DNA of 64,000 bases from an uncultured Gammaproteobacteria bacterium (GCA_964408995.1 CAYPBP010000002.1:32491-96490); one strand, 5' to 3'; counted from the first letter of the stretch, positions 20,806-30,996 are shown. A program made the numbers and translations. The notes: a model not told the origin generated them from the letters alone.

Positions 20806-20862
20806 GTGAACGATAAGGTTCACTTGACTTTGTTCAGAATCCCGACGAGAGTTGGGATTTTT
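20806..20862 (+). ncRNA. Candidate ~57-nt small RNA convergent on the NYN gene
   Basis: TAGACA-N18-TATAAT promoter, hairpin GTGAAC/GTTCAC, then GAGA-loop terminator hairpin with T-run. Confidence 0.5.
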
Positions 20863-20867
20863 GATTT

Positions 20868-21470
20868 TTAAGACCTTTTTAGATTTAACCTGTATTCAAA
20901 ATCTTCAACAAACAAAATATCTTTTATTATTTTATTTGTTTTACAATCTATCAACTCTCTACCTACATGGTTTCTGGCACCAAAAACATAAATATCTTTT
21001 TTTAATTCTTTATTTATATATTCACAAACATAGGCCATATCTCCATCTCCAGAAAATACTATAGCAGTATCGTAATTATCTTTTTCTTTAATTAAATCAA
21101 CAGCCATTTCAATATCTAAATTACATTTTTTTATAAAACCAGTTTCATATTTATCGTCTGGAATATATTTCACTCTTTTTGAAATAATTTCAAAACCACT
21201 ATACCTGGCTTGTTTGATAATTTTTTCTGACCATGGAGTTAATTTTGTTGATTTATCTTTTTGGCCATAATCTTCACCATAATAAAAACGACGAAGATAC
21301 TTTTTTCCTTTGGACATATGCCCCACAAGTTGGCCTAATTTATTTATTCCTACTGGCCAATTTAAAGAATCTTGCCAACGATCGACATTAGCAAAATCAA
21401 TAATAATTATATTTCTATCTAAAGTTTTTGATAATAAATTTAAAAATTTTGTAATTTCAGTTTTATTCAT
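20868..21470 (-). CDS. NYN-domain (LabA/DUF88, PIN-like) nuclease
   Basis: IDFANV, KCNLDIEMAVD, FSGDGDM acidic motifs. Confidence 0.88.
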   Translation of the reverse strand: MNKTEITKFLNLLSKTLDRNIIIIDFANVDRWQDSLNWPVGINKLGQLVGHMSKGKKYLRRFYYGEDYGQKDKSTKLTPWSEKIIKQARYSGFEIISKRVKYIPDDKYETGFIKKCNLDIEMAVDLIKEKDNYDTAIVFSGDGDMAYVCEYINKELKKDIYVFGARNHVGRELIDCKTNKIIKDILFVEDFEYRLNLKRS

Positions 21471-21635
21471 TTATGTAATTAATTTTACACTAGTTCAGTT
21501 ATACGATTTCATCGTACAACTAACTTCCTTTTTCATAAAAAATAATACCGAATAAAACCCAAAGTGTAAATAGTTAGATTTACAGTGTTTCAATATTCCA
21601 TTTATTAGAATAGGTAATTGTTTTCTAAAAAAATA

Positions 21636-21809
21636 TTACATTGAAACTTCTAATGATTCATTTCCTTCGATCTCACAATCTCTTTGACATTGGATATCAT
21701 TTTTACTACAACTACTGACACAAGATATCGATCGAGTTTTATTAAAAAATAAAAAATAAATTACAGTTATAATCACAAAAATCCAATATAATTTTATTGA
21801 CCAATGCAT
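21636..21809 (-). CDS. 57-aa membrane-anchored protein with Cx3C-x6-Cx3C motif (below ORF-track cutoff)
   Basis: Manual translation MHWSIKLYWIFVIITVIYFLFFNKTRSISCVSSCSKNDIQCQRDCEIEGNESLEVSM. Confidence 0.5.
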   Translation of the reverse strand: MHWSIKLYWIFVIITVIYFLFFNKTRSISCVSSCSKNDIQCQRDCEIEGNESLEVSM

Positions 21810-21841
21810 AATTTATAATATCACTAAAGAAATATATAATT

Positions 21842-22561
21842 TTAAGATTTTTTTGTTTTATTTTTAATTAGTTTTTTCCAATCTTTTTCTGATAATAGTT
21901 TTTGATTATCTTCATTAGCTTCTTTGTCTGGAACAAAAAAATCAATCATCGCGATACAACCTTTAATAGCGTTAATATAATTATTATCCGTTTTTATATT
22001 GAGTTTTTTAACACTTTCGTTTAATTCTTCTTCAAACTTAATTACTTCACTTGCTGCTTTTTTAATTTTAACTTTACTACAAGGAAGCAATGAAATCGGA
22101 TATTTCATAGTTGGATATTTTGTTAAAGCCTCAACTGATACTGTCTCAACAACCTTTCCGTATTCACTAAGAATTTCTTTGGCTTGGTCAATATTTAAAA
22201 CAGAACCATCATCAATATTGTTTCTTCTATTCTTATTACCTTCATAAAGACCATAAATTATTGGGCTACCCACTACAAAAAGCCAAAATAAAAAACTGTC
22301 TTGGTATTCTTTTGTTGAAGGTTGATAATCTTGGACAGTATCACAACTACCACGAAGCGGATCGTCATCACAATTTTCAGAGTGAGTTCCCAAACCACTG
22401 CTTATAATAAAAGCAACAATTACGATACCTAGTAAAGCACTACCGATAGACTTGAATATATTCTTTGATTTTTCTCCATAATCTCTAGCTAATTTATAAA
22501 AATTAAAAAGAAAAAAAGCTCCAACAATAAAACCAATTGCTTTAAATATTCCGTCTGTCAT
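21842..22561 (-). CDS. Hypothetical membrane protein (3 TM plus soluble C-terminal domain)
   Basis: Hydrophobic segments, extracytoplasmic Cys pair. Confidence 0.7.
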   Translation of the reverse strand: MTDGIFKAIGFIVGAFFLFNFYKLARDYGEKSKNIFKSIGSALLGIVIVAFIISSGLGTHSENCDDDPLRGSCDTVQDYQPSTKEYQDSFLFWLFVVGSPIIYGLYEGNKNRRNNIDDGSVLNIDQAKEILSEYGKVVETVSVEALTKYPTMKYPISLLPCSKVKIKKAASEVIKFEEELNESVKKLNIKTDNNYINAIKGCIAMIDFFVPDKEANEDNQKLLSEKDWKKLIKNKTKKS

Positions 22562-22564
22562 AAG

Positions 22565-22996
22565 TTATTTTACCCCAGTGGAGCCGAAGCCCCCACGGTC
22601 GGCATTACCCATTGATTCGACTTCTTCAAATTCTAAGTTTTCGCATTTGATTAATAATAGTTGACAAAGACGAGTGGCCTTTTCAATGGTGACTGCTTTG
22701 TCGGTGAAATTGTAAGCGGCAAAATGATATTCATCATTGTCACCACAATAATCTAGGTCAAAAATACCAATTCCATTGACACCCATAATCCCCAACTTGT
22801 GAGTGGAACTTCTGGGGACTTGCATGATGAAATAACCATCAGGAATTTTGATGGCAACATTCATAGGGATATAAGCAATTTGTTTGGGCTCGATTATCAT
22901 GTCAACTCGAGAGCATAAATCAACGGCCACTGCACCAGCAGTTTTGTATGATGGAAGTGGAAGAGTTTTGTCAAAACGTTTGATTTGTAATTTCAT
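22565..22996 (-). CDS. dut: Trimeric dUTPase
   Basis: PRSS, GIFDLDYCG, RGGFGSTG. Confidence 0.93.
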   Translation of the reverse strand: MKLQIKRFDKTLPLPSYKTAGAVAVDLCSRVDMIIEPKQIAYIPMNVAIKIPDGYFIMQVPRSSTHKLGIMGVNGIGIFDLDYCGDNDEYHFAAYNFTDKAVTIEKATRLCQLLLIKCENLEFEEVESMGNADRGGFGSTGVK

Positions 22997-23000
22997 ATGG

Positions 23001-26000
23001 TTATTTTAAAAGAGAATGAAGATGGTCTTTGTCTTGGCAATCTTCACCAATTTGGTTAAATTCTAAATTAATAATTTTTTGATAAGTTTTTTGAATTAAA
23101 TCTTTTAAGTTGTCGATATCATTTTGGGAAAATTCAAAACTATTTTGAATAAATTTATTTCGAGTTTTACTTTTTTGAATGAAATGAATGGTTCCCTTAT
23201 TAATAACATATTTAAAAGTTAAATCGAGATCGGATAATATTTTATAAAAAACTAATTGCCTAAAATAATCCCCGTCTTTGGACAATTCCTTATATTTTCC
23301 ATCTGGATTTCCAGTTTTAAAATCAATGACTTCGGCCACTTGTTTGCCGTTAATTTTTTGATCACTAATTTTTATTTCATCAATTTTTCCAGTGATAGGA
23401 ATTTTGTCTAGATAAACATTATTGGGAGCAAAATCAAAATCAGTTAGAGTATTTTTATCAAATGTTGATTGATAATTATTATAATATTCAGTTAAAATTT
23501 CTTGGCCTTTTTGAAGTGATTCCGATTCATCTTCTTTGGATAATTTTTCTTTTTTAATAAATTCAGAAAAACGATTAAGGATCTCTTCGATAGTTACCAA
23601 ACGATTATCATCTCTTAAAGTGTCGAGGAGAAAAGAAAGTGAATCATGGACGGCCGAGCCAAGACTAGAATGTTTGTCCCGAACTCCTGGGATTCTTAAA
23701 ATGGTTTTGTGGTAAAAACAAAAAGGACAACGGAGATAAGAATTAAGATGAGTGACATTAAATTTATATTTATTTTTTAGATAATCGACTAAGTATTCTT
23801 CAAAGTCAGATTTGATATCAAGTTTAGTTAATGCTTTTGGAAAAATATTTTTGAGAGCCGATTCACTGTTGATACTGGAATCTGTAACTTCTTCGATAAT
23901 TTCTGGATCGATTTCGGAAATGAACATGGATGGAAGTTGATCACGACCACTTTCTGATTTGGTGGAATAGGAAATATAAATTTGTTTTTTGGCACGAGTT
24001 AGAGCCACATAAAAAAGTCGACGTTCATCCTCACAATCTCTTTCATTTTCTAAAAGAGTGGATTGGAGTTTTAGAATTCCTAGAGGAAGTTTTAATTTAT
24101 TTTGATTGGTAACATTCCCCCATTTTTTGTCAGTAACTTTATATAAAAAGACATGTTCAAATTCGAGACCTTTTGATTTATGGACTGTCATTAATTTAAT
24201 TGACTTGACTGATTCGCCACTTATTTCTGGAGCAGTTAAACTGAGTGTATTTTCTTTGATTAAATTTAGATAATTCAAAAAATCTTTTAGAGAATATTCT
24301 TTTTCTTGGGCCAATCTTTTTAACTCTGAATAAAAAGTGTTTAAGAAATTAATTAATTCCAAATTATTACTGGTTAAAACAAAATCTAAATATTTGAAAC
24401 GACGAATGACCTTATTAAAGAAACGATCAGTGCTTAAATTTTCTAACCATTTTTTGGCCAGAGTAATTCGTTTGACAAATTTTTTAATTCTTTTAACGCC
24501 AAGTTTTGATAAGTCAGTTTCGATTTTGGAGAAATTTGAAGATGTAAAAAGAAGTGAAACTAAATTGATTTTTTCCCTAAAGGCAAAGTGAGTCAATTTG
24601 AATAAATCAAAGGATGGAATTTTTAGATAATTAGAAGCCAGAATTTTATAGAGTAAATCACTTTTTTCGGAATTGACAATAAACTCTAATAAAAAGATTA
24701 ATTGAGAAATATATTTGTTGTCTAAAATATTTTTATCAATATTTAATTGATATTTAATATTTAAATTTTTGAAATGTTCAATGAGGTCAAAAATGTCATT
24801 GTTATTGCGATAAAGAACAGCGATTTCTTGAGGGTCAACTTTTTTGTCGAGTAATGATTTAATTTTGGTGGCAATAAAATAATTTTCTTCGTTGAGACTT
24901 GGAGATTTGAAAATGTTAATTGGAGTGGCATCAAAATCAACTTTGGATTCGAGACTTTTATCAATTTCATCGATAAAATTAGTGATACGATTTTTATTAT
25001 TTTTGATAACACTTTCAGATGAAGCCAAAATTAAACGATGAGATCGATAATTATTTTTTAGGACAACTAGAAGTGGTTTATATTTTTTGTAGAAGCTATA
25101 AACATTTTCAATTGAAGCCCCTTGGAAACGGAAAATTGATTGGTCATCGTCGCCGACAACAAAGAGATTTGGGATTTCATAATATGAGCCCAGAAGATCA
25201 ATGACTTCGTTTTGAGCCGAATTGGTGTCTTGATATTCATCAACTAAAATATATTGATATTTCTCTTGATATTGTAATAGAAGATCGGGGTTTTCTTTGA
25301 AAGCGGTTAGGACAAAAAGAATCATATCTTCAAAATCGTAGAGACCGGATTTTTTTAGTTCTTCTTGATATTGTGAATAAACTGAGTGAAGTTCGAGTTG
25401 TTTTAAAGAATCTTTGGCTAGAGATTCAAAGAAATTCTTAACTTCGTTTTTGAAATTTACAATTGGATTTTTGGCAGCACCGACAACAAAGCCGCCTTTT
25501 TCGTAAAGAACTTTTAATGAAAAGAGATGGTAATAGACTTCTGGGGATATTTTTTGACTGTTAGTTAAAATTTCTTCAAAGATTGGCAGAAGTTCGGCTT
25601 CTAGATTTTTACTAAATTTGAGAGCTAAAAGACGGGAAACTAAATCTTGATTTTTTTCTAAAAAATTTAGTTGATTGTTAACAAGAGTCAATAAAGCTTT
25701 TGGACTGACACCTTCTTTTTTTAGAGATTGAATTGATGAAATAATGTCGCGTTGATAAAAGAAAGAATCACCCCATGGTTTTAGAGTGGAACCATCTTTG
25801 AGAGAAGAGATAAGTTTTTGAATTAACTCGACCCTTTCGACTTCTTCAATATTTTTGACATTTTTGGCAAAGATAAAATATTGAGGGTTATTTTTTATAA
25901 CTTCATTACAAAAAGAATGAAAAGTATGAATGCGAACTTTGTAGGCTTCGGAGCCAATTATTTTGATTAAACGATCACGCATAGCAACGGTACCGGTGTC

Positions 26001-26198
26001 AGTGAAAGTTAAACAAAGAATATTTTGAGGAGGAGTTTGAGTTTGGACTAAAATGTTAGCAATACGTAAAGCGATGGTTTGAGTTTTGCCAGTACCAGCT
26101 CCAGCAATAACCATAACTGGACCTTCGATGGTGTCGACAGCCAGTTTTTGCTCGGGGTTTAATTTTTGATATTCTGATAAAAAAGATTTATTGTCCAC
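23001..26198 (-). CDS. UvrD-family helicase fused to a C-terminal PD-(D/E)xK nuclease
   Basis: AGAGTGKT, VDEYQD, VGDDDQSIFRFQGA, NYRS, TVHKSKGLEF, YVALTRAK; C-terminal YLRCPFC...GKID...IDFKTG. Confidence 0.9.
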   Translation of the reverse strand: MDNKSFLSEYQKLNPEQKLAVDTIEGPVMVIAGAGTGKTQTIALRIANILVQTQTPPQNILCLTFTDTGTVAMRDRLIKIIGSEAYKVRIHTFHSFCNEVIKNNPQYFIFAKNVKNIEEVERVELIQKLISSLKDGSTLKPWGDSFFYQRDIISSIQSLKKEGVSPKALLTLVNNQLNFLEKNQDLVSRLLALKFSKNLEAELLPIFEEILTNSQKISPEVYYHLFSLKVLYEKGGFVVGAAKNPIVNFKNEVKNFFESLAKDSLKQLELHSVYSQYQEELKKSGLYDFEDMILFVLTAFKENPDLLLQYQEKYQYILVDEYQDTNSAQNEVIDLLGSYYEIPNLFVVGDDDQSIFRFQGASIENVYSFYKKYKPLLVVLKNNYRSHRLILASSESVIKNNKNRITNFIDEIDKSLESKVDFDATPINIFKSPSLNEENYFIATKIKSLLDKKVDPQEIAVLYRNNNDIFDLIEHFKNLNIKYQLNIDKNILDNKYISQLIFLLEFIVNSEKSDLLYKILASNYLKIPSFDLFKLTHFAFREKINLVSLLFTSSNFSKIETDLSKLGVKRIKKFVKRITLAKKWLENLSTDRFFNKVIRRFKYLDFVLTSNNLELINFLNTFYSELKRLAQEKEYSLKDFLNYLNLIKENTLSLTAPEISGESVKSIKLMTVHKSKGLEFEHVFLYKVTDKKWGNVTNQNKLKLPLGILKLQSTLLENERDCEDERRLFYVALTRAKKQIYISYSTKSESGRDQLPSMFISEIDPEIIEEVTDSSINSESALKNIFPKALTKLDIKSDFEEYLVDYLKNKYKFNVTHLNSYLRCPFCFYHKTILRIPGVRDKHSSLGSAVHDSLSFLLDTLRDDNRLVTIEEILNRFSEFIKKEKLSKEDESESLQKGQEILTEYYNNYQSTFDKNTLTDFDFAPNNVYLDKIPITGKIDEIKISDQKINGKQVAEVIDFKTGNPDGKYKELSKDGDYFRQLVFYKILSDLDLTFKYVINKGTIHFIQKSKTRNKFIQNSFEFSQNDIDNLKDLIQKTYQKIINLEFNQIGEDCQDKDHLHSLLK

Positions 26199-26256
26199 TA
26201 AGCTATTCTATCAATTACTAATCGAAAGAAGATAAATCAGATGATATATTCAGTTA

Positions 26257-26877
26257 ATGAATAAAAAAATTATCTTATTTGATATTGATGAAACTTTAAT
26301 GGGACTAGATAAGATGGCAGTAATGTTTTATGAAAAGTTGGCAAAGCAACTTGAAGTAACAACCGAGGAAATTATTGAATTGAAAGAACAATACAAATTA
26401 ACACTAAATAAATCTGGTGATTATTTACATAGTAATTTAATATTATTTCTTAAAGAGATAACAGGTAAAAAGGAAAAAGAAATAGAAGATCCATTTGAAG
26501 ATAAAGAAAATTATAAAAAATCGTTACACCCTGAGGTAAAAGAAAATATAGAAAAAATAAGTAAAGATTTTAGAATAGGAGTCTACTCTGAGGGATTTTA
26601 TGAATACCAAAAAAAGAAAGTTTTTTGGTCTGGAATTGGAGATTTTTTTGATGAAGAACTTATTTTTATAACTCAAAATAAATCTGACCCTGAGTTTCTT
26701 AAAACATTACCAGAGGGAGCAATCATTATTGATGATAAAAAAGAAAAAATTCAAAAGTTAAAAGAAGCTGGAAGATTTAATTTTGTTTGGATTAATAGAA
26801 AAAATGATGAAGTTATGGATGATGTTAAAACAGTTAAAAACTTAAATGAATTTGCTGACTTACTTGGACAGCTCTAA
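26257..26877 (+). CDS. HAD-superfamily hydrolase, copy 1
   Basis: FDIDETL motif I, IIDDK motif IV. Confidence 0.85.
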   Translation: MNKKIILFDIDETLMGLDKMAVMFYEKLAKQLEVTTEEIIELKEQYKLTLNKSGDYLHSNLILFLKEITGKKEKEIEDPFEDKENYKKSLHPEVKENIEKISKDFRIGVYSEGFYEYQKKKVFWSGIGDFFDEELIFITQNKSDPEFLKTLPEGAIIIDDKKEKIQKLKEAGRFNFVWINRKNDEVMDDVKTVKNLNEFADLLGQL

Positions 26878-26894
26878 TTTGTTATAAATGGGTA

Positions 26895-27521
26895 ATGGAA
26901 AAACAAATTATTTTATTCGACTTAGATGATACTTTATTTAGTAAAACGGAATATCTTAAAAGATTGAATGATAATTTGGCCAGGGAATGTAATACTTCAA
27001 GTGAACAAATTGCTGATTTTGGAAATAAATATTTTGAAAGTTTAGGAAACTCTAACGATTTTCATATAAAGAAATATTTGGAATATTTAGATCAAAATTT
27101 TAATAAAGAAATTGATTTGGAAAATTTTACTACTGATAAGTTGAAAATTTATTCTGGATCTTTGTTTTCAGACACTATTCCTGTTTTAGAAAAATTGAAA
27201 GATAATTTTAGATTGGGTATTTATTCTCAAGGATTTGATGATTGTCAAAGAATTAAAATTAATGAATCTGGAATTGGAAATTATTTTGATGAAGAACTTA
27301 TTTTTATTGCTAGAAATAAATCAGATCCTAAGTTTATTGAAAGATTACCAGATGGATCAACAATAGTTGATGATAAAAAAGAAAAGTTTGAAGCATTAAA
27401 AGAAACTGAAAGATTTAATCTTGTTTGGATTAACAGAAAAGACGATGAGGTAATGGATGGAATAGAAACAATTAGAAACTTAGAAAAATTAGTTGATTTG
27501 GTTAAAGTGAGAGCGGTTTAG
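26895..27521 (+). CDS. HAD-superfamily hydrolase, copy 2 (tandem paralog)
   Basis: FDLDDTL, IVDDK; C-terminal half similar to the upstream gene. Confidence 0.85.
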   Translation: MEKQIILFDLDDTLFSKTEYLKRLNDNLARECNTSSEQIADFGNKYFESLGNSNDFHIKKYLEYLDQNFNKEIDLENFTTDKLKIYSGSLFSDTIPVLEKLKDNFRLGIYSQGFDDCQRIKINESGIGNYFDEELIFIARNKSDPKFIERLPDGSTIVDDKKEKFEALKETERFNLVWINRKDDEVMDGIETIRNLEKLVDLVKVRAV

Positions 27522-27537
27522 GTTAAATTTATTTAAA

Positions 27538-27756
27538 TTAATCTACTTTTTCAGTTAGAGAGTCAGCTCTTGAAGAAGTTATTACTTCTTGATTTGATAA
27601 GTTACCTTTTAGAATTACTTCTCCTTTTTCAGGATAGACCGGTGCTTGAATAACTGTAAATACTTCACGTGGATTACTATTTTTATCTAAAAAAACAGAT
27701 TTTACTCTAACTTTATTTCCAGCAATAATTCCTAATTCATATGGTGATGGTGTCAT
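27538..27756 (-). CDS. Small hypothetical protein (72 aa)
   Basis: ORF fills the gap downstream of gatB. Confidence 0.5.
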   Translation of the reverse strand: MTPSPYELGIIAGNKVRVKSVFLDKNSNPREVFTVIQAPVYPEKGEVILKGNLSNQEVITSSRADSLTEKVD

Positions 27757-27783
27757 AATTTTGTATTTTAATTAAAAATAAGT

Positions 27784-29235
27784 CTATTTTAAAAGTTTTT
27801 CTAAAATTTCTTTAGCTATGGATGGATTGGCAGAACCATTAGAGGCTTTCATAAGTTGACCAATTAAAAAGCCAATTGAAGCAGGATTCTTTTTGTAATC
27901 CTCCACCGCTTTTGGATTGTTAACAATCACCTCTTTTGCAATTTTTTCTATTTCAGAAGAATCAGAAACTTGGATTAAACCTTTAGATTTAGCAATTTCG
28001 ACTGGATTGACTCCGCTTTGGTAACTTTCAATGATTACTTGTTTGGCAACAGTTGAGGAAATTTCTGATTTGGAAACGGCAGTAAATAAATCAAAGAAAA
28101 ATTGAGAATTAATTTTTGATTCATCTAGATTTTCTCCATTTTCATTTAAGTAAGTTTTGATGGCACCTAAAAATAAATTAGCAGTAAATTTGGCGAACTC
28201 TGGTGAATTATTATCGCCTAAAGCTTTTTCATACATTTTTGAAAAAGTTAAATCTTCGGTAATTACTTGAGCATCATAATCACTTAAACCAAGAGTATTT
28301 TTATATCTTTCTAATTTTTGATCTGGAAGTTCTGGAAGAGAGGCTTTAATAGCAGCAATTTGGTCATCAGTAAAAGTAATTTGAGGAATATCTGGCTCGG
28401 GGAAATAACGATAATCAGAAGAACCTTCTTTTTCGCGTTGTAAAAAGGTTTGATTTTTATCAGCATCCCAACCTCTAGTAGTTTTATTAGTTTTTGATTT
28501 TACTTCACCTGTTTTTTGGAATTCTTCGAGTTGACGATTAAGCTCAAAATCGATAGCATTTTGAACACCAGTTAAAGAAGCCACATTTTTGATTTCGGCC
28601 AATGGTGTATAAACTTTTTTATTGTCATCAGTTTCTATTTCTAAATTAATAGTTGGCTCACAGCGCATACTACCCTCTTCAATGTCAGCATCGGAAATAC
28701 CGATATATCGGACGATTTGTTGGATTTTGAGTAAATAATCTTTAGCCATTTTTGCGGAGATAATATCTGGCTCAGAAACGATTTCCACCAAAGGAACACT
28801 GGAACGGTTGTAATCAATTAAAGTTAGATCTTGTCCATTTTCATTAATGTGAATAGACTTGCCAGTATCCTCTTCCATGTGAGCCCTGTTGATTCTAATT
28901 TTGTGACCATCAATTTCTATAAATCCGTTAACAACAAATGGTTTTTCTAATTGAGTAATCTGGTAACTTTTTGGTAAGTCTGGATAAAAATAATTTTTTC
29001 TTTCAAAAAAACTTGTTTGATTTGGAGTGCAGTTTAGGGCTAGACCAAGTTTGACACACCACTGGCACGCCACCATATTTGGTACAGGAAGAGCACCCGG
29101 AAGTCCAAGACAAGTTGGACAAGTGTGAGTATTAGGCTTTACATGGAAATGAGAAGCATCACAACTGCAAAACATTTTAGATTTAGTTTTTAATTCAATG
29201 TGGACTTCAAGACCGATGATGGGAGTTACTTTCAT
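27784..29235 (-). CDS. gatB: Asp/Glu-tRNA amidotransferase subunit B
   Basis: IGLEVHIEL, RKNYFYPDLPK, HMEEDTGK, DYRYFPEPD. Confidence 0.97.
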   Translation of the reverse strand: MKVTPIIGLEVHIELKTKSKMFCSCDASHFHVKPNTHTCPTCLGLPGALPVPNMVACQWCVKLGLALNCTPNQTSFFERKNYFYPDLPKSYQITQLEKPFVVNGFIEIDGHKIRINRAHMEEDTGKSIHINENGQDLTLIDYNRSSVPLVEIVSEPDIISAKMAKDYLLKIQQIVRYIGISDADIEEGSMRCEPTINLEIETDDNKKVYTPLAEIKNVASLTGVQNAIDFELNRQLEEFQKTGEVKSKTNKTTRGWDADKNQTFLQREKEGSSDYRYFPEPDIPQITFTDDQIAAIKASLPELPDQKLERYKNTLGLSDYDAQVITEDLTFSKMYEKALGDNNSPEFAKFTANLFLGAIKTYLNENGENLDESKINSQFFFDLFTAVSKSEISSTVAKQVIIESYQSGVNPVEIAKSKGLIQVSDSSEIEKIAKEVIVNNPKAVEDYKKNPASIGFLIGQLMKASNGSANPSIAKEILEKLLK

Positions 29236-30695
29236 AATTGTGGCCTTTTTAAATGGAAATCAGTAATTTTTTGATATTGGTGACCAATAGAAAGAATTTT
29301 TGATTCTTCAAAAAAGTTACCAATTAATTGGAAACCAACTGGAAGATTGTCTTTGGTAAAACCACAAGGAATAGCTAGCGATGGAACTCCGGCAACGTTA
29401 ATACAAACTGTGTAAACATCGGCTAAATACATTTCAAGTGGATTATCAGCTTTGGCACCAATTTCCCAAGCTGGAGTTGGAGAAACTGGAGCTAGAATAA
29501 CATCAACTTCGTTTAGAATATCCGTAAATTCTTTTTTGATTAGAGTTCTGACTTTGGCAGCTTTGGTGTAATAAGCATCATAATAACCAGAAGACAGAGC
29601 ATAAGTACCAATAATAATACGACGTTTAACTTCTGGCTCCATAAACTCACCTCTAGTGTTCATATAATAAGAAACGATATCAGTGTCGGGACCATTGCTT
29701 TGACCAAAACGAAGACCATCGTATCTAGCCATATTAGCTGAAATTTCTGAGGGAACCAAAATGTAATAAGCAGCGATACCTAGATCAGTACTAGGAAGAG
29801 AAACTTCTTTTAAGATAGCTCCTTTACTTTCAAACAATTTGGCTGCTTCCATAACTTTATTTTTGACTTCTTCATTTATAGCACCAGTGAAATATTCTTT
29901 TGGAAGGCCAATTTTTAAGCCAGATAAATTTACACTGTCTAATAGAGCCGAATAGTCAGGAATATCTTGATTTATGGAAGTGGCATCGTGGGGGTCATTG
30001 CCAGCAGTAATTTTGGTAACAGCGGCAATATTTTCGACTGATCTGGCAAAAACTCCGGGACAGTCAAAAGAAGAAGCCATAGCAGTAATACCGTAACGAG
30101 AATTAAGACCATAAGTTGGTTTTAGACCAGAAACTCCACATAGTGAGGATGGTTGACGAATGGATCCACCAGTGTCGGTGCCAAGAGCAAAATTACATAG
30201 ATCAGCAGCCATGGCAGCAGCTGAACCGCCAGAAGAACCACCTGGAACTAATTTTTGATTCCAAGGATTTTTAGTGGTGAAGAAACCTGAGTTTTCAGTG
30301 GAACAACCAAAAGCAAAAGGATCGGTGTTGGTTTTGCCAATAATTATGGCATCTTGATCAATTAGTTTTTGGTAAACAGTGGACGAATATTGAGGAATAT
30401 AATCTTTTAGAACTTGTGAACTAGAAGTGGTTTGAATTCCTTTGGTTAAATAGATGTCTTTAACAGCCATGACTGAACCGGCTAATTGACCTAGAGTTTC
30501 ATTCTTGGCAATTTTTTGATCAATACCTTCTGCTTGAGACAGGGCTTCTTTCTCGGTGATAGTAATAAAAGCTTTAATTTGGGGATCAATTTTTTTGATT
30601 CTATCTAAGAAAAATTGGACTATTTCTTGGGCAGTGATTTTTTTATCTAAAAGTAATTGTCTTAATTCTTTGATTGATAAAGTAGAAAAGTCCAT
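29232..30695 (-). CDS. gatA: Asp/Glu-tRNA amidotransferase subunit A
   Basis: Amidase signature GGSSGGS, GTDTGGSIRQP; start set at ATG 30695, just after the gatC stop. Confidence 0.96.
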   Translation of the reverse strand: MDFSTLSIKELRQLLLDKKITAQEIVQFFLDRIKKIDPQIKAFITITEKEALSQAEGIDQKIAKNETLGQLAGSVMAVKDIYLTKGIQTTSSSQVLKDYIPQYSSTVYQKLIDQDAIIIGKTNTDPFAFGCSTENSGFFTTKNPWNQKLVPGGSSGGSAAAMAADLCNFALGTDTGGSIRQPSSLCGVSGLKPTYGLNSRYGITAMASSFDCPGVFARSVENIAAVTKITAGNDPHDATSINQDIPDYSALLDSVNLSGLKIGLPKEYFTGAINEEVKNKVMEAAKLFESKGAILKEVSLPSTDLGIAAYYILVPSEISANMARYDGLRFGQSNGPDTDIVSYYMNTRGEFMEPEVKRRIIIGTYALSSGYYDAYYTKAAKVRTLIKKEFTDILNEVDVILAPVSPTPAWEIGAKADNPLEMYLADVYTVCINVAGVPSLAIPCGFTKDNLPVGFQLIGNFFEESKILSIGHQYQKITDFHLKRPQL

Positions 30696-30696
30696 A

Positions 30697-30996
30697 TTAT
30701 TTTTTGATAGTGTTGGTAACGACAAAATAGCCATCTTTAGTTTGATTGGCAGTGGAAAGAGCTTCTGTTTGGGAAAGTGAATCTGTAACTATATCTTGAC
30801 GTAAAACATTTAATTGAAGATTGACTTGATAAGTTGGCTTGATATTGGTGGTATCAACTTTATTCAAAACATCAAAATATTCTAAAACAGATTCCAGTTG
30901 AGGTAAGAAAGTATTTTTTTCAGAATCAGTTAGTTTAATTCTGGCTAATTTGGCAATATGATCTAAATCGGATAAAGAAATCTTTGGGTCGGCCAT
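30697..30996 (-). CDS. gatC: Asp/Glu-tRNA amidotransferase subunit C
   Basis: HIAKLARI, VDT, LRQD, GYFVV; operon position. Confidence 0.92.
   Translation of the reverse strand: MADPKISLSDLDHIAKLARIKLTDSEKNTFLPQLESVLEYFDVLNKVDTTNIKPTYQVNLQLNVLRQDIVTDSLSQTEALSTANQTKDGYFVVTNTIKK

Noticed and set aside
20868-22561. Prophage or integrative island between dut and rmuC
   Set aside because: No integrase, phage genes or flanking direct repeats found; treated only as a small accessory patch
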